From: a phage
Length of the DNA stretch: 64,000 nt
Direction: 5' to 3' (one strand)
Sequence record: PZ357121.2
A program made the position numbers and the translations under genes. Positions 22,114 to 33,596 of the stretch are shown piece by piece. Every line of letters begins with the position of its first letter. Within the stretch, counting starts at the first letter, position 1. The notes under the pieces are model-generated. The model saw only the letters and a program-made list of their open reading frames with translations, had not been told where the DNA came from and did not search any database.

Positions 22114-22143
22114 AGTATTATTGAAACAATAAAGGAAAAACGA

Positions 22144-25100
22144 ATGGCCGACATCAAACGTAAGTTCAGAGCCGAAGACGGTCTGGACGCCGGTGGCGAC
22201 AAGATTGTTAACGTAGCATTAGCCGACCGTACAGTAGGTACTGATGGCGTAAACGTTGACTTCCTGGTACAAGAAAACACCGTTCAAGTATATGATTCTA
22301 CGCGTGGATATAACAGAGGATTTGTTGTTCTTTATGACAATCGTTTATATCAAGCAATAAATGATATCGTGTCTCCTTCCGGGGCATTTAACCTTTTACA
22401 ATGGCGTGCAGTTCGTACCGATGCACAATGGATAACTGTCGCTTCTGGGACTTATCAACTTTCTTCAGGTGAATCGATTTCGGTTAACACTGGTGCCGGC
22501 AATGATATGGTTTTCACGTTGCCAAATACGCCGGTTGATGGTGATACTGTTGTTTTGGCTGATATTGGTGGAAGAACCGGGACAGTTAAAGTACAGATTA
22601 ACGCGTCTGTTCAGAGTATTTTAAACTTTAGAGGTGAACAAGTTCGTACAGTTTTAATGACGCGTCCGCGTTCACAACTATTGTTTGTGTTTAGTAATCG
22701 TTTGTGGCAGATGTATATTACCGATTATGGTAAAGAATCAATCACTGTTACACCTGCGTCACCATATCAAGCACAAGCAAATGATTTTATCGTTCGTCGT
22801 TTTACTAGTGCAGCACCAATCAACATTACACTTCCACGTAATGCTAACAATGGCGATATAATCAGCCTAGTCGATTTAGATGGATTAAACCCACTGTATC
22901 ATACAATTGTTAAAACATTTGATGATACAACGTCTATTGGTGAAGTCGGGACTCATATTGCCGAAGGCAGAAATGACTCTGACGCGTTTTTTGTTTTTGA
23001 TGCTGCAAGTAGTTTATGGCGTATATGGGAAGGCGACCAGAAATCGCGTCTTCGTATTATCCGTGCGGATTCAAATATTCGTCCAAATGAAGAAGTTCTT
23101 ATTTTTGGCACAAATAACGCTACAGCCGGAACTATTAATCTTACGCTGCCTTCCGGAATTTTGAGTGGTGACACTGTTAAAATTTCAATGAACTACATGC
23201 GTAAAGGCCAAACAGTAAAAATTAAAGCTGCCGAAGGTGATACAATTGCTTCTTCTGTTGCATTGCTTCAGTTCCCTAAACGTTCTGAATATCCACCTGA
23301 TGCTCAATGGGTCTCTGTTACTGAACTAGAATTCAATGGCACTACTTCATATGTTCCTGTATTAGAATTAGCGTATATCGAAGACACCGTTGCTGGTACA
23401 CGTTATTGGGTTGTTCAACAAAACGTCCCTACTGTAGAACGTGTTGATGCTGGAACTGATGCTACACGAGCTCGTTTAGGTGTTATTGCTCTTGCTACTC
23501 AAGCGCAAGCAAATGTTGATTTAGAGAATACTCCAGCTAAAGAAGTTGCTATTACTCCGGAAACATTGGCAAATCGTACAGCAACTGAAGCTCGACGTGG
23601 TATCGCTAAAATTGCCACAACAGCACAAGTTAACCAGAATTCCACAGCAACATTTGTAGATGATACTATTGTTACGCCTAAAAAACTAAATGAGCGTACA
23701 GCAACTGAAACTCGTCGTGGTCTTGCCGAAATTGCTACTCAGACCGAAACCGATGCTGGTCTTGATGACACAACGATTATTACACCTAAGAAATTGCAGA
23801 CACGTCAGGGCTCTGAAACACTATCTGGTATAGTTAAATATGTATCAACTACTTCTGCTACTCCTGCTGAAACTCGTGGTGCTGCAGGCACTAACGTTTA
23901 TAATAAAACCGTAAATAATTTAACTATTTCTCCTAAAGCCCTTGACCAATATAAAGCAACTTATGCTCAACAAGGTGCAGTAATTTTAGCTGTCGATAGT
24001 GAAGTAATTGCTGGTCAATCCCAAGCAGGTTATTCTCATGCTGTAGTAACTCCTGAAACACTACATAAGAAAACTTCTACTGATGGACGTATTGGTTTAA
24101 TTGAAATTGCTACGCAAGCAGAAACTAATGCTGGGACTGATTATACACGTGCAGTAACACCTAAGACGTTAAATGATAGGAAAGCTACGGAAGGATTATC
24201 CGGCATAGCCGAACTTGCTACGCAAGTCGAATTTGATACTGGAACTGATGATACTCGTATCTCGACTCCACTGAAAATTAAAACTCATTTTGATTCTTCT
24301 GACCGTACCAGTGTTAATTCTGATTCCGGACTTATTGAAGAAGGAACCTTGTGGAACCATTATACTCTTGATATTTCTAAAGCAAATGAAACACAACGTG
24401 GTACACTTCGCGTAGCGACTCAGGCAGAATCTAATGCAGGAACTTTAGATGATGTTCTTATTACTCCTAAAAAGCTTTTAGGGACTAAGTCCACTGAAAC
24501 GTCTGAAGGCGTAATTAAGGTTGCTACTCAGGCTGAAACTGTAACAGGAACTTCTGCTAATACCGCTGTATCGCCTAAGAATTTAAAATGGATTGTCCAG
24601 TCTGAACCAACATGGGCTGCTACTACAGCAATTCGTGGATTCGTTAAAACTTCATCTGGTTCTATTACATTCGTTGGTAATGATACAGTTGGTTCAACAC
24701 AACCTTTAGAATCATATGAAAAAAATAGCTATGCTATATCTCCATATGAATTAAACCGTGTACTTGCTAACTATTTGCCATTAAAAGCAAAAGCTGCTGA
24801 CGCAAATTTATTAGATGGCCTAGATTCATCTCAGTTCATTCGTAGGGACATTGCACAGACGGTTAATGGTTCACTAACCTTAACCCAACAAACGAATCTG
24901 AGTGCCCCTCTTGTATCATCTAGTACTGCTACGTTTGGTGGTTCGGTATCTGCTAATAGTACACTGACTATTTCTAACTCTGGAACAGCTACTCGTCTGA
25001 TTTTTGAGAAAGGACCTCAAACTGGAACTAATCCAGCACAGACGATGACTATCAGAGTTTGGGGAAATCAGTTTGGTGGCGGATCAGATACAACACGTTC

Positions 25101-26019
25101 TACTGTATTTGAAGTTGGTGATGAAACGTCTAATCATTTTTATTCTCAACGTAATAAAGATGGGAATATAGCGTTTAGCATTAATGGTACTGTGATGCCA
25201 ATAAACATTAATGCTTCCGGTTTGATGAATGTTAATGGCGTTGCAACATTCGGTCGTTCAGTTACTGCTAATGGCGAATTCATTAGTAAGTCTGCAAATG
25301 CTTTCAGAGCAATTAGTGGTGATTACGGATTCTTTATTCGTAATGACGCTGCTAATACCTATTTTATGCTCACTGCATCAGGCGATCAGACTGGCGGATT
25401 TAATGGATTACGTCCTTTAGCTATTAATAATGCATCCGGTCAAGTAACGATTGGTGAAGGCTTAATCATTGCCAAAGGTGCTACTATAAATTCAGATGGT
25501 TTGACTGTTAACTCTAGAATTCGTTCTCAGGGTACTAAAACATCTGACTTATATACTCGTGCGCCAACATCCGATACTGTAGGATTCTGGTCAATTGATA
25601 TTAATGATTCAGCCACTTATAACCAGTTCCCTGGTTATTTTAAAATGGTTGAAAAAACTAATGAAGTGTCTGGACTTCCATACTTAGAACGTGGCGAAGA
25701 AGTTAAATCTCCTGGTACATTGACTCAGTTTGGTAACACACTTGATTCGCTTTACCAAGATTGGATTACTTATCCAACAACTCCGGAAGCACGTACCACT
25801 CGCTGGACTCGTACATGGCAGAAAACTAAAAATTCTTGGTCAAGTTTTGTTCAAGTATTTGATGGGGGTAACCCTCCTCAGCCATCTGATATTGGTGCTT
25901 TACCTTCTGATAATGCAACAATCGGAAACTTGACAATAAGGGATTTCTTAAGGATTGGTAATGTCCGCGTTATTCCAGACCCTGTGAATAAATCTGTTAA
26001 ATTCGAGTGGATTGAATAA
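22144..26019 (+). CDS. 34: long tail fibre proximal subunit gp34
   Basis: 1291 aa (T4 gp34 about 1289 aa); internal reiterated fibre motif (IAxATQAET.AG.D) occurring about 8 times. Confidence 0.9.
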   Translation: MADIKRKFRAEDGLDAGGDKIVNVALADRTVGTDGVNVDFLVQENTVQVYDSTRGYNRGFVVLYDNRLYQAINDIVSPSGAFNLLQWRAVRTDAQWITVASGTYQLSSGESISVNTGAGNDMVFTLPNTPVDGDTVVLADIGGRTGTVKVQINASVQSILNFRGEQVRTVLMTRPRSQLLFVFSNRLWQMYITDYGKESITVTPASPYQAQANDFIVRRFTSAAPINITLPRNANNGDIISLVDLDGLNPLYHTIVKTFDDTTSIGEVGTHIAEGRNDSDAFFVFDAASSLWRIWEGDQKSRLRIIRADSNIRPNEEVLIFGTNNATAGTINLTLPSGILSGDTVKISMNYMRKGQTVKIKAAEGDTIASSVALLQFPKRSEYPPDAQWVSVTELEFNGTTSYVPVLELAYIEDTVAGTRYWVVQQNVPTVERVDAGTDATRARLGVIALATQAQANVDLENTPAKEVAITPETLANRTATEARRGIAKIATTAQVNQNSTATFVDDTIVTPKKLNERTATETRRGLAEIATQTETDAGLDDTTIITPKKLQTRQGSETLSGIVKYVSTTSATPAETRGAAGTNVYNKTVNNLTISPKALDQYKATYAQQGAVILAVDSEVIAGQSQAGYSHAVVTPETLHKKTSTDGRIGLIEIATQAETNAGTDYTRAVTPKTLNDRKATEGLSGIAELATQVEFDTGTDDTRISTPLKIKTHFDSSDRTSVNSDSGLIEEGTLWNHYTLDISKANETQRGTLRVATQAESNAGTLDDVLITPKKLLGTKSTETSEGVIKVATQAETVTGTSANTAVSPKNLKWIVQSEPTWAATTAIRGFVKTSSGSITFVGNDTVGSTQPLESYEKNSYAISPYELNRVLANYLPLKAKAADANLLDGLDSSQFIRRDIAQTVNGSLTLTQQTNLSAPLVSSSTATFGGSVSANSTLTISNSGTATRLIFEKGPQTGTNPAQTMTIRVWGNQFGGGSDTTRSTVFEVGDETSNHFYSQRNKDGNIAFSINGTVMPININASGLMNVNGVATFGRSVTANGEFISKSANAFRAISGDYGFFIRNDAANTYFMLTASGDQTGGFNGLRPLAINNASGQVTIGEGLIIAKGATINSDGLTVNSRIRSQGTKTSDLYTRAPTSDTVGFWSIDINDSATYNQFPGYFKMVEKTNEVSGLPYLERGEEVKSPGTLTQFGNTLDSLYQDWITYPTTPEARTTRWTRTWQKTKNSWSSFVQVFDGGNPPQPSDIGALPSDNATIGNLTIRDFLRIGNVRVIPDPVNKSVKFEWIE

Positions 26020-26027
26020 GAGGTATT

Positions 26028-27155
26028 ATGGAAAAATTTATGGCTAAGTTTGGACAAGGATATGTCCAAACGCCATTTTTATCGGAAAGCAATTCGGTAC
26101 GATTTAAATTAAGCATAGCGGGCTCTTGTCCGCTATCAACATCTCCTGCTTATATTAAGTTCCAAGATAATCCACTTGGGTCCCAGGTTTTTTCTGTTGG
26201 ATTAAACGTTCGTGTAATAAATCCTACAACAGGTGCAGTAGTTGAATCTAAGTCATATAATTTCTCTACTGAAAACGACGCCACGTCAAGTGCATTTGTT
26301 ACTTTCATGGACACATATGCTTCAAATTTTATATTTGCTCTTGTTACTAACGCTAAAACAAACTTTCCACCTGAAGTTCTTACATGGTTTAATAAAGCCG
26401 GAAGTTCTGCTATTCCATTAGCTCAACAAGTTTTAAATATAGTGGACATTTCTTATTCTGCGTTTTATATTTCTGGTAAGAATGCTATAGCACTAGAACA
26501 TATTAAGTATAGTAATAAGAAAACTTCAACCGACTATAGTACACCACTTGATGTTGTGTACGACACGATCGATGATATTGGTGCTACCGGCTTCCCTAGA
26601 CGTACGTACGAATCGACAGACACATTTTTATCTGCTGTTGGAGGTGCTAATAATGAAATTAAAAGGATGCCTACAACATCCATTATTACACCTCTCGCTG
26701 GGTATAAATTGAAGCCTGGAGATTTCCTTTATATGAAATTCCAACTAATGGCCGATGCCGATTTGTTAGCACAAGGGACGACACGACTTTCTATTCGTTT
26801 CTTTAAATCTCCTTCTACTTCACCTATTTCATTTAAGGATACAAACTTTGATGGGGCTGCAGGTGAATGGAAGATATATGAAGACTACATAGAAATTCCT
26901 GCTGGTGCTGACGGGTTCACGATTTATTGTTATCGTACAGCTCCAGTCGGGCAAGGTGGATTAAGAAACGTTATATTCACTGAAGTATCATGTAATGGAA
27001 GCGTTTCAAAACCTGCTGAGTTTGGTGTAAATGGTATTCGTGTAAATTATGTTTCAGAATCTTTAAGTGCTCCAGACATAATGACACTACCTACTCAATC
27101 TTCAACTGATACTGGTAAGGTATTTGGACAAGAATTTAAAGAAGCATCGGAATAA
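26028..27155 (+). CDS. 35: long tail fibre hinge protein gp35
   Basis: 375 aa, position and size as T4 gp35; start 8 nt after the gene 34 stop. Confidence 0.85.
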   Translation: MEKFMAKFGQGYVQTPFLSESNSVRFKLSIAGSCPLSTSPAYIKFQDNPLGSQVFSVGLNVRVINPTTGAVVESKSYNFSTENDATSSAFVTFMDTYASNFIFALVTNAKTNFPPEVLTWFNKAGSSAIPLAQQVLNIVDISYSAFYISGKNAIALEHIKYSNKKTSTDYSTPLDVVYDTIDDIGATGFPRRTYESTDTFLSAVGGANNEIKRMPTTSIITPLAGYKLKPGDFLYMKFQLMADADLLAQGTTRLSIRFFKSPSTSPISFKDTNFDGAAGEWKIYEDYIEIPAGADGFTIYCYRTAPVGQGGLRNVIFTEVSCNGSVSKPAEFGVNGIRVNYVSESLSAPDIMTLPTQSSTDTGKVFGQEFKEASE

Positions 27156-27160
27156 ATTTA

Positions 27161-27178
27161 GGGAGACTTCGGTCTCCC
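27161..27178 (+). terminator. intrinsic terminator after gene 35
   Basis: gggagacttcggtctccc followed by ATTTTTG on the plus strand. Confidence 0.6.
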
Positions 27179-27185
27179 ATTTTTG

Positions 27186-27193
27186 TATAAATA
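27186..27193 (+). promoter_or_regulatory. T4 late promoter (TATAAATA) for genes 36-37-38
   Basis: tataaata about 25 nt upstream of the gene 36 ATG. Confidence 0.55.
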
Positions 27194-27217
27194 TGGTATA
27201 CATATAAGGAGACAACT

Positions 27218-27883
27218 ATGGCCGATTTAAAAGCTGGTAGTACAACTGGCGGTGCTGTCATATGGCATCAAGGTAATTTCCCTTTAATGCCAGCAGGTGA
27301 TGACGTCCTGTATAAAACGTTTAAACTCTATTCAGAATATAATAAACCACAAGCGGCTGATAACGATTTCGTTTCTAAAGCTAATGGTGGTACGTATGCC
27401 GCTCGAGTAACATTTAATAATGGTGTGCAAGTACCTTATGCCGTAAATAACACAAATCAAAGTGGTATTTATCCTGGCAATGGCGATGCTGCTACTTTTG
27501 ATACAGCAAATATTGATATTGTTTCATGGTATGGCATTGGTTTTAAATCATCACAAGGATCTGCAGGTAGAACTGTTGTTGTTAACACTCGTACTGGTGA
27601 TATCAGCACTAAAGGTGGTATTTATGCAACTGGTCCTGTCCGTTCTAACGCTACTGCTCCGGTTGCAGCAAATGATCTCACAAGAAAAGATTATGTTGAT
27701 GGACGAATAAATATTGTTACGGATAACGCAAATTCCCGTGTATTGCGTAAAGGCGATACCATGACTGGTACTTTAACAGCACCAAACTTTTTCTCACAGA
27801 ATCCGGCGTCTGAGGCTAATCATGTTCCTCGTTTCGACCAGATTGTAATTAAAGATTCTGTTCAAGATTTCGGCTATTATTAA
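27218..27883 (+). CDS. 36: long tail fibre distal connector gp36
   Basis: 221 aa, same length as T4 gp36. Confidence 0.85.
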   Translation: MADLKAGSTTGGAVIWHQGNFPLMPAGDDVLYKTFKLYSEYNKPQAADNDFVSKANGGTYAARVTFNNGVQVPYAVNNTNQSGIYPGNGDAATFDTANIDIVSWYGIGFKSSQGSAGRTVVVNTRTGDISTKGGIYATGPVRSNATAPVAANDLTRKDYVDGRINIVTDNANSRVLRKGDTMTGTLTAPNFFSQNPASEANHVPRFDQIVIKDSVQDFGYY

Positions 27884-27891
27884 GAGGACTT

Positions 27892-30800
27892 ATGGCTACA
27901 TTAAAACAGATACAATTTAAAAGAAGCAAAGTAGCAGGAGTTAATCCTACTGCAGCACAATTAGCCGAAGGCGAATTAGCGATAAACTTAAAAGATCGAA
28001 CTCTTTTTACTAAAGATGACCTCGGTAATATTATTAGCCTAGGCTTTGCTAAGGGTGGGGATATTAACGGTAATGTAACTCAAACTGGTGATTATTTACA
28101 AAACGGCACGTATAATCTCAATGGAAATCAGTTTGTTTATGCAGGAAAATACATTGAATTTTTACCTAAAACCACTGGAAATGGCGCTTGGGCTAACCAA
28201 CATTCGAATAAAGCCCCTATCTTTACAGATTTAAGTTCAACTACTTCTGTTTCAGAATACCATCCGCTGATTAAACAACGCTATAAAGATGGAACTTTTT
28301 CTGCTGGTACATTAGTAAACGAAGGTAGTTTTAAATTCCATTATATTGATGAAACCGGGACTTCAAAATACTGGACTTTTAATCGAAACGGTAATTTTCA
28401 AGTTGATTCCGGAAGTTTATTAGTATCTAATGGATATTTAGTTACTCAAAGTAATATTGAAACTAAAGCTGGTTCTTTAATTGGTCCTAAAGTTATTACC
28501 AAAAATATCAATGTGAGCACTAAATCTTGGGACACTAATATTGATACTGCATATGATTTAGTTTCATTACCGACTTGGCAGTATACTCCAACCGAAACGG
28601 ATTTGGATACTAATGGTATAAACTACCTTCGTAAATTCCGCGGACATGTTTCTTCTGCTATTTTCCATGAAGTTGCTGATGCTCGTTCAGGTAAACCACA
28701 GAATATTTCGTATTGGACGGGACGTAATGCTGAAGTTTATCAATGGTCTTATACCACAGATGGGCGTATGTCTGTTGCTAATTCGATAGGTATAGGTCTT
28801 GCTGATGTTGGTGACCAAGGACGTTATCCATTGGTTTCGTTTGGTAAAGGTATTGCAATTGGTGACAATGATACTGGTATTAAATGGGTTCGTGACGGGG
28901 TTATCGATTTAGTTGCGAATGGTATTTCTGCCGGCACTATTCTTAATAACGGTATTAACAGTACTAAAAAATTGATGGTTGGTTATAGTCGAGATTCTGG
29001 TTCTACTTGGGATTACCCAAATAACAACCAAGCAATGTTTACTGCGCGTACCGATGTTGATGGTAATAATAACGGTGACGGTCAGACTCATATCGGTTAT
29101 AGCAGCAATTCTAAAATGTATCACTATTTCCGTGGTACAGGTCGTATGTCCGTTAGTATGGGCGATGGGCTTCTTGTTGAGCCGGGTATTTTAGATATTA
29201 AAACAGGTTCAAATACATTAAGTTTGCGTGCTGATGGTACCGTCGCTTCTGTTCAAACATTAAAGCTTAATAACGGATTATATTTTAATAGTGATGGAAC
29301 TAACGCTTCTCTAATTTTTAAAGCAGCTTCAGGTATTGATGGTACTAAGCAAATTTTGTGGGAAGGCGGTACCCGAGCGGGCCAGAATAAGAGTTATGTA
29401 ACTGTTAAAGCATGGGGTAATTCATTTAACGCCACCGGCGATAAAGCTCGCGAAACGGTTTTTGAAGTAGCTGATGGTCAAGGTTATTATTTTTATTCTC
29501 AACGCGTAGCTCCGAGCGGTTCCGAAACTACTGGTCCTGTTGTAACCCAGTTTGCGGGAGCTGTTAACGCTAGAGGAAGTATTATTACTGATGGAAGTTT
29601 TAAAGTTAATGGATTAAGCACTTTAGTCGGTAATGTTACTATGTCTAACGGTCTGTTTGTCCAAGGCGGTTCTTCTATTCTTGGACAAGCTAAATTTGGT
29701 GGAACGGCAGATGCATTAAGAATTTGGGATGCCGAATATGGTGCTATTTTCCGTCGTTCTGAAGATAAGCTTTATATTATTCCAACTCCGCGGAATGCTG
29801 GTGAAACAGGTGGCATTTCTAATTTACGTCCGTTCTATATTACATTAAGTAATGGTAAAGTTTCCATGGATCATGATGTAGATATCGGCGGCGGTAGATT
29901 TAAAGTAGATACAACCGGTACTACGGCTGGCCAACGTATTACAGTTAATACTGCCTCCGATGCTATTAGAATAAATGCCCCAACACAAGAATCTTCTAAC
30001 TTCATCCAAGGACGTAAAGCAGATGTTCCGAAATGGTATTTAGGTATTGGCGATGGCGGTAACATCGTTCGTATGCACAGTTACACCTACTCCCACGGTA
30101 TTGCATTAAACTCTGATACGGTTGATATAGCTAAACCTCTTAAAGTCGGTAATGCTCAATTCGGTACTGACGGTAATATCACTGGTGGTTCCGGTAATTT
30201 TGCTAACTTGAATACCACAATAAATAACCTTAAGACGGATATTGTCTCAAGTTATCCAATTGGTGCTCCGATTCCTTGGCCTACTGATACACCTCCTGAA
30301 GGTTATGCCATAATGGAAGGTCAAACATTTGATGCTGACTTGTATCCTAAGTTAGCTGCGGTGTATCCTTCTGGCGCTCTGCCTGATATGCGTGGTCAAA
30401 CTATCAAGGGTAAACCATCTGGTCGTGCTGTATTAAGTACAGAAGCAGACGGTGTTAAGTCACATAGCCATAGTGCAAGTGCATCAAACACAGATTTGGG
30501 TACTAAAAATACGTCAAGTTTTGATTACGGTAGCAAAACGACTTCAAGCTTTGATTATGGTACTAAGACCAGTAATACCACTGGTAACCATAACCATACA
30601 GTGAGCGGTAATACTAGTTCCGCCGGTGCGCACCAACACGCGCGTTCGGGTCCACAGGTCACTGCTGCATGGGCAGACGATTTGTTTAGAGACGGGGTTA
30701 CTACGATAGGTGCAAACTCATATGCTAAAATTAACTCAGGTATCACTGGTTCGACTTTAGCAACTAAGGTCGGTAAAACATCAAATGACGGTGCCCACAC

Positions 30801-31008
30801 CCATAGTTGGTCAGGAACTACTAGCTCTACGGGTAACCATGCTCATACGGTAGGTATTGGTGCTCATACCCATTCGGTAGGTATTGGTGCTCATTCTCAT
30901 ACTGTTGCAATTGGTTCCCATGGTCATACAATAACTGTAAATGCCACAGGAAATACAGAAAACACAGTTAAAAACGTTGCTTTTAACTATATCGTTCGTT
31001 TAGCATAA
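27892..31008 (+). CDS. 37: long tail fibre distal subunit / receptor-binding protein gp37
   Basis: 1038 aa; C-terminal His-x-His boxes (GNHNHTV, GAHTHS, GAHSHT, GSHGHT) like the iron-coordinating needle of T4 gp37. Confidence 0.9.
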   Translation: MATLKQIQFKRSKVAGVNPTAAQLAEGELAINLKDRTLFTKDDLGNIISLGFAKGGDINGNVTQTGDYLQNGTYNLNGNQFVYAGKYIEFLPKTTGNGAWANQHSNKAPIFTDLSSTTSVSEYHPLIKQRYKDGTFSAGTLVNEGSFKFHYIDETGTSKYWTFNRNGNFQVDSGSLLVSNGYLVTQSNIETKAGSLIGPKVITKNINVSTKSWDTNIDTAYDLVSLPTWQYTPTETDLDTNGINYLRKFRGHVSSAIFHEVADARSGKPQNISYWTGRNAEVYQWSYTTDGRMSVANSIGIGLADVGDQGRYPLVSFGKGIAIGDNDTGIKWVRDGVIDLVANGISAGTILNNGINSTKKLMVGYSRDSGSTWDYPNNNQAMFTARTDVDGNNNGDGQTHIGYSSNSKMYHYFRGTGRMSVSMGDGLLVEPGILDIKTGSNTLSLRADGTVASVQTLKLNNGLYFNSDGTNASLIFKAASGIDGTKQILWEGGTRAGQNKSYVTVKAWGNSFNATGDKARETVFEVADGQGYYFYSQRVAPSGSETTGPVVTQFAGAVNARGSIITDGSFKVNGLSTLVGNVTMSNGLFVQGGSSILGQAKFGGTADALRIWDAEYGAIFRRSEDKLYIIPTPRNAGETGGISNLRPFYITLSNGKVSMDHDVDIGGGRFKVDTTGTTAGQRITVNTASDAIRINAPTQESSNFIQGRKADVPKWYLGIGDGGNIVRMHSYTYSHGIALNSDTVDIAKPLKVGNAQFGTDGNITGGSGNFANLNTTINNLKTDIVSSYPIGAPIPWPTDTPPEGYAIMEGQTFDADLYPKLAAVYPSGALPDMRGQTIKGKPSGRAVLSTEADGVKSHSHSASASNTDLGTKNTSSFDYGSKTTSSFDYGTKTSNTTGNHNHTVSGNTSSAGAHQHARSGPQVTAAWADDLFRDGVTTIGANSYAKINSGITGSTLATKVGKTSNDGAHTHSWSGTTSSTGNHAHTVGIGAHTHSVGIGAHSHTVAIGSHGHTITVNATGNTENTVKNVAFNYIVRLA

Positions 31009-31038
31009 GGAGAAGGGGCTTCGGTCCCTTTTTATAAT

Positions 31039-31590
31039 ATGAAACTCTATCACTATTATTTTGACACTAAAGAATTTTACAAAGAAGAAAATTATAAACC
31101 ATTAAAAGGCGTAGGATTTCCGGCTCATTCGTCACCAAAAAAACCTTTAGACCCTAAAGAAGGCTATGCTGTTATATTTGACGAACGCGAGCAAGAATGG
31201 GTATATGTTGAAGACCATCGTGGAAAAACAGTATGGACTTATGATAAGCAAAAAATTGTTATTGACACTCCAGGTACTCTTCAAAATGTTACTACAGAAG
31301 AACCTGGTGAATTTGACATTTGGACCGACGACGGGTGGAAGGAAGATGAAGCATATAAACGTGTAGTTCAACGTGATAAGAAAATTCATGAACTCTATAA
31401 ATTATTCAGTGTTTTAAGTTCTCTTATTGACGCAGAGGTTGCTAATAGAGAAGAAAAACGAAAATTTAAAGAGCTCAAAAAATTCTTTGCCCTTTTAGAA
31501 AAACATGAACATCTTGGCGGCGAATTCCCTAAATTCCCTGACCTTGAAAACAAATCTATTATCAAAGCGATTATAAATATCTTTAAGTAA
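31039..31590 (+). CDS. 38: tail fibre assembly chaperone gp38
   Basis: 183 aa, same length as T4 gp38 with a similar N-terminus (MKLYHYYFDTKEFYKEENYKP...). Confidence 0.85.
   Translation: MKLYHYYFDTKEFYKEENYKPLKGVGFPAHSSPKKPLDPKEGYAVIFDEREQEWVYVEDHRGKTVWTYDKQKIVIDTPGTLQNVTTEEPGEFDIWTDDGWKEDEAYKRVVQRDKKIHELYKLFSVLSSLIDAEVANREEKRKFKELKKFFALLEKHEHLGGEFPKFPDLENKSIIKAIINIFK
31572..31579 (+). promoter_or_regulatory. T4 late promoter (TATAAATA) for holin t
   Basis: tataaata inside the 3' end of gene 38, about 20 nt upstream of the t ATG with AAGGAGG RBS. Confidence 0.45.
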
Positions 31591-31599
31591 GGAGGTATT

Positions 31600-32259
31600 A
31601 TGGCAACACCAAAAGTATCATTTTCGCTTAGTGATATTCTATTTGGGTTGCTAGATCGTATTTTCAAAGATAACGCTACTGGAAAGGTTTTAATGTCCCG
31701 AGTAGCGGTAATTATTCTTTTGTTCCTAATGGCACTAATATGGTACAAAGGAAGTATTTTGCTGGATTATTATGTAAGAGCTAAGTATGATACTTATACT
31801 GAAATAATCCAAAAAGAACGAGCTTTACGTTTTGAATCTGCGGCTCTAGAACAACTGCAAATAGTTCATATCTCATCTGGTGCAGATTTTAGTGCTGTGT
31901 ATTCTTTCAGACCTAAAAACTTAAATTATTTCGTCGACCTTATAGCTTATGAAGGCAAACTACCTAGCACAATTTCTGAAAAGTCCCTTGGCGGATTCCC
32001 GGTGGATAAAACGGCCAATGAATATATAATTCATTTAAGTGGCCGTCATTTCTCATCTAAATCAGAATTTGCATTTTTGCCTACAAAATCTAAGACTGCT
32101 GAACTTTCTTATATGTATAGTTGTCCATACTTTAATTTGGATAACATCTATGCTGGAACTGTGACGATGTATTGGTATAAGGGGAGTAATATACTTGAGG
32201 AGGATCGCTTAGCGGCTATATGCAACCAAGCGGTCCGAATACTAGGAAGGGCTAAATAA
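31600..32259 (+). CDS. t: holin
   Basis: 219 aa, strong similarity to T4 holin T, single N-terminal TM segment. Confidence 0.95.
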   Translation: MATPKVSFSLSDILFGLLDRIFKDNATGKVLMSRVAVIILLFLMALIWYKGSILLDYYVRAKYDTYTEIIQKERALRFESAALEQLQIVHISSGADFSAVYSFRPKNLNYFVDLIAYEGKLPSTISEKSLGGFPVDKTANEYIIHLSGRHFSSKSEFAFLPTKSKTAELSYMYSCPYFNLDNIYAGTVTMYWYKGSNILEEDRLAAICNQAVRILGRAK

Positions 32260-32532
32260 TTAGTTGTTAGAATACATCGCTAAATGACGATAAATATTTT
32301 CAAAACCTTCATTGAATTCACTAATTAGTGTTTTCTTTTCTTCGGCAGTTAAATTTGTAATTAGTTTTCTAAACGAATTCTGATTTAGCTGCCGACCATC
32401 TTTTTTAATTCCAATCTCATTCAAGAATCCGATGAAACTTGCTCGGTCTTCAACAATATCTTCCCTAGAGAATTTAATCAAAATAGAAGCAATAGTAATA
32501 ATTTCACGTACGATTTCAATGTCTTTATTCAT
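32260..32532 (-). CDS. asiA: anti-sigma70 protein AsiA
   Basis: 90 aa, same length as and high similarity to T4 AsiA; convergent with t. Confidence 0.9.
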   Translation of the reverse strand: MNKDIEIVREIITIASILIKFSREDIVEDRASFIGFLNEIGIKKDGRQLNQNSFRKLITNLTAEEKKTLISEFNEGFENIYRHLAMYSNN

Positions 32533-32578
32533 AACGTTTTATTCATTCCATTTAGTTGATATGGATATAGTACCAATA

Positions 32579-32794
32579 TTAGTGTTGATTGTAAACGGCC
32601 TTTTCTACGCTTTTAACGTAATTGGTATAGTCTTCCTGTTCATACGAGTGTAAGGCCAAGAACGGAACTAATAGTTCATTATAGACTAAAGCCTCACGCT
32701 CACGTTCGGCCTCTACTACGTTCTGGAGATTATGACTCATATCGTTCCTTATAACTATCAATGTAGTCCTGTATGTCGAAGAATGACATTTCAT
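32579..32794 (-). CDS. hypothetical protein
   Basis: 71-aa ORF overlapping arn at its 5' end; true start may be the internal ATG near 32740. Confidence 0.4.
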   Translation of the reverse strand: MKCHSSTYRTTLIVIRNDMSHNLQNVVEAEREREALVYNELLVPFLALHSYEQEDYTNYVKSVEKAVYNQH

Positions 32795-33029
32795 ATTCTA
32801 GGGCATTAAGAGCCCGTTCTTCAGTATAGTCAGAACCAAAGACGATAGTGATTTCACCAGGCTTCATGTGATTGAAATCAACACTAAAAGGAATACGAGA
32901 ACATACTTCGTCTGCCATATCTGCAACAACACTACGATATACTTCTCGGTTAACCTGATAAAGCTCTGCAAGTTCTTCGCATCGAATAACAAGTTCAGTG
33001 GCAGGATTTTCTTTGATTTTAGTAAGCAT
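32730..33029 (-). CDS. arn: Arn-like acidic protein (anti-restriction DNA mimic), called by position
   Basis: 99 aa, strongly acidic, in the T4 arn position between asiA and motA. Confidence 0.5.
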   Translation of the reverse strand: MLTKIKENPATELVIRCEELAELYQVNREVYRSVVADMADEVCSRIPFSVDFNHMKPGEITIVFGSDYTEERALNALEYEMSFFDIQDYIDSYKERYES

Positions 33030-33103
33030 AGTCTTTACCCTTATGTTTTTGTTTACGTTTAGATTGAAGTTCTGATTTCTTCTTGTCCTTATGGACGGAA
33101 GCC

Positions 33104-33331
33104 TTATTGAAATCGTGTTTTGCTACAAGATTGTTCATAATGATTTATAACCTCATTTAAACATTTATCGGTAAAAGAAAACTTTTTAGCCACAGAACAT
33201 TCGATAATGTGCTCTTTCAAATCTTTAGAGTCGGTATATCCCATCTCAGTAATAAAGTGGCGAATTAAAGCTTTATTCTTATCATTAACAGAATTAAAAT
33301 AATCTACTTTAGAATCAATTATTCTCATCAT
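33104..33331 (-). CDS. hypothetical protein
   Basis: 75-aa ORF. Confidence 0.5.
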   Translation of the reverse strand: MMRIIDSKVDYFNSVNDKNKALIRHFITEMGYTDSKDLKEHIIECSVAKKFSFTDKCLNEVINHYEQSCSKTRFQ

Positions 33332-33596
33332 CTAATTTCCTTAATTGGTATTGCAACGAGCTAATAATTTCTTCGTTCATTTTAATATACATGTCACGCA
33401 AGAAAGGTTTTAACCCGTCACGAATAATTGCTAATGTATCACCTTTACATAAATTAACCAAATAAGGATGGTCTAAAGCGTCCCAACCAGGCTGGTTAGC
33501 ATACATACCATAGTTTTCTTCCATCATATGATTAAGACGTTTGATATCTTGGATACGTGATTCAATAGCATCTTTCTGGAGTTGTTTAATATTCAT
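33315..33596 (-). CDS. hypothetical protein
   Basis: 93-aa ORF. Confidence 0.5.
   Translation of the reverse strand: MNIKQLQKDAIESRIQDIKRLNHMMEENYGMYANQPGWDALDHPYLVNLCKGDTLAIIRDGLKPFLRDMYIKMNEEIISSLQYQLRKLDDENN

Noticed and set aside
22071-22280. Antisense and overlapping ORFs in the six-frame track (for example 22071-22280, 3425-3616, 3451-3660, 4121-4423, 7375-7929, 10196-10720, 28909-29124, 52053-52262)
   Set aside because: Each is embedded opposite to, or out of frame within, a well-supported conserved gene, lacks an RBS, and has low-complexity composition.
27892-31008. CRISPR-like or other non-coding repeat array
   Set aside because: The short direct repeats are in frame within gp37 and encode His-box protein repeats; no spacer-repeat architecture exists anywhere in the window.
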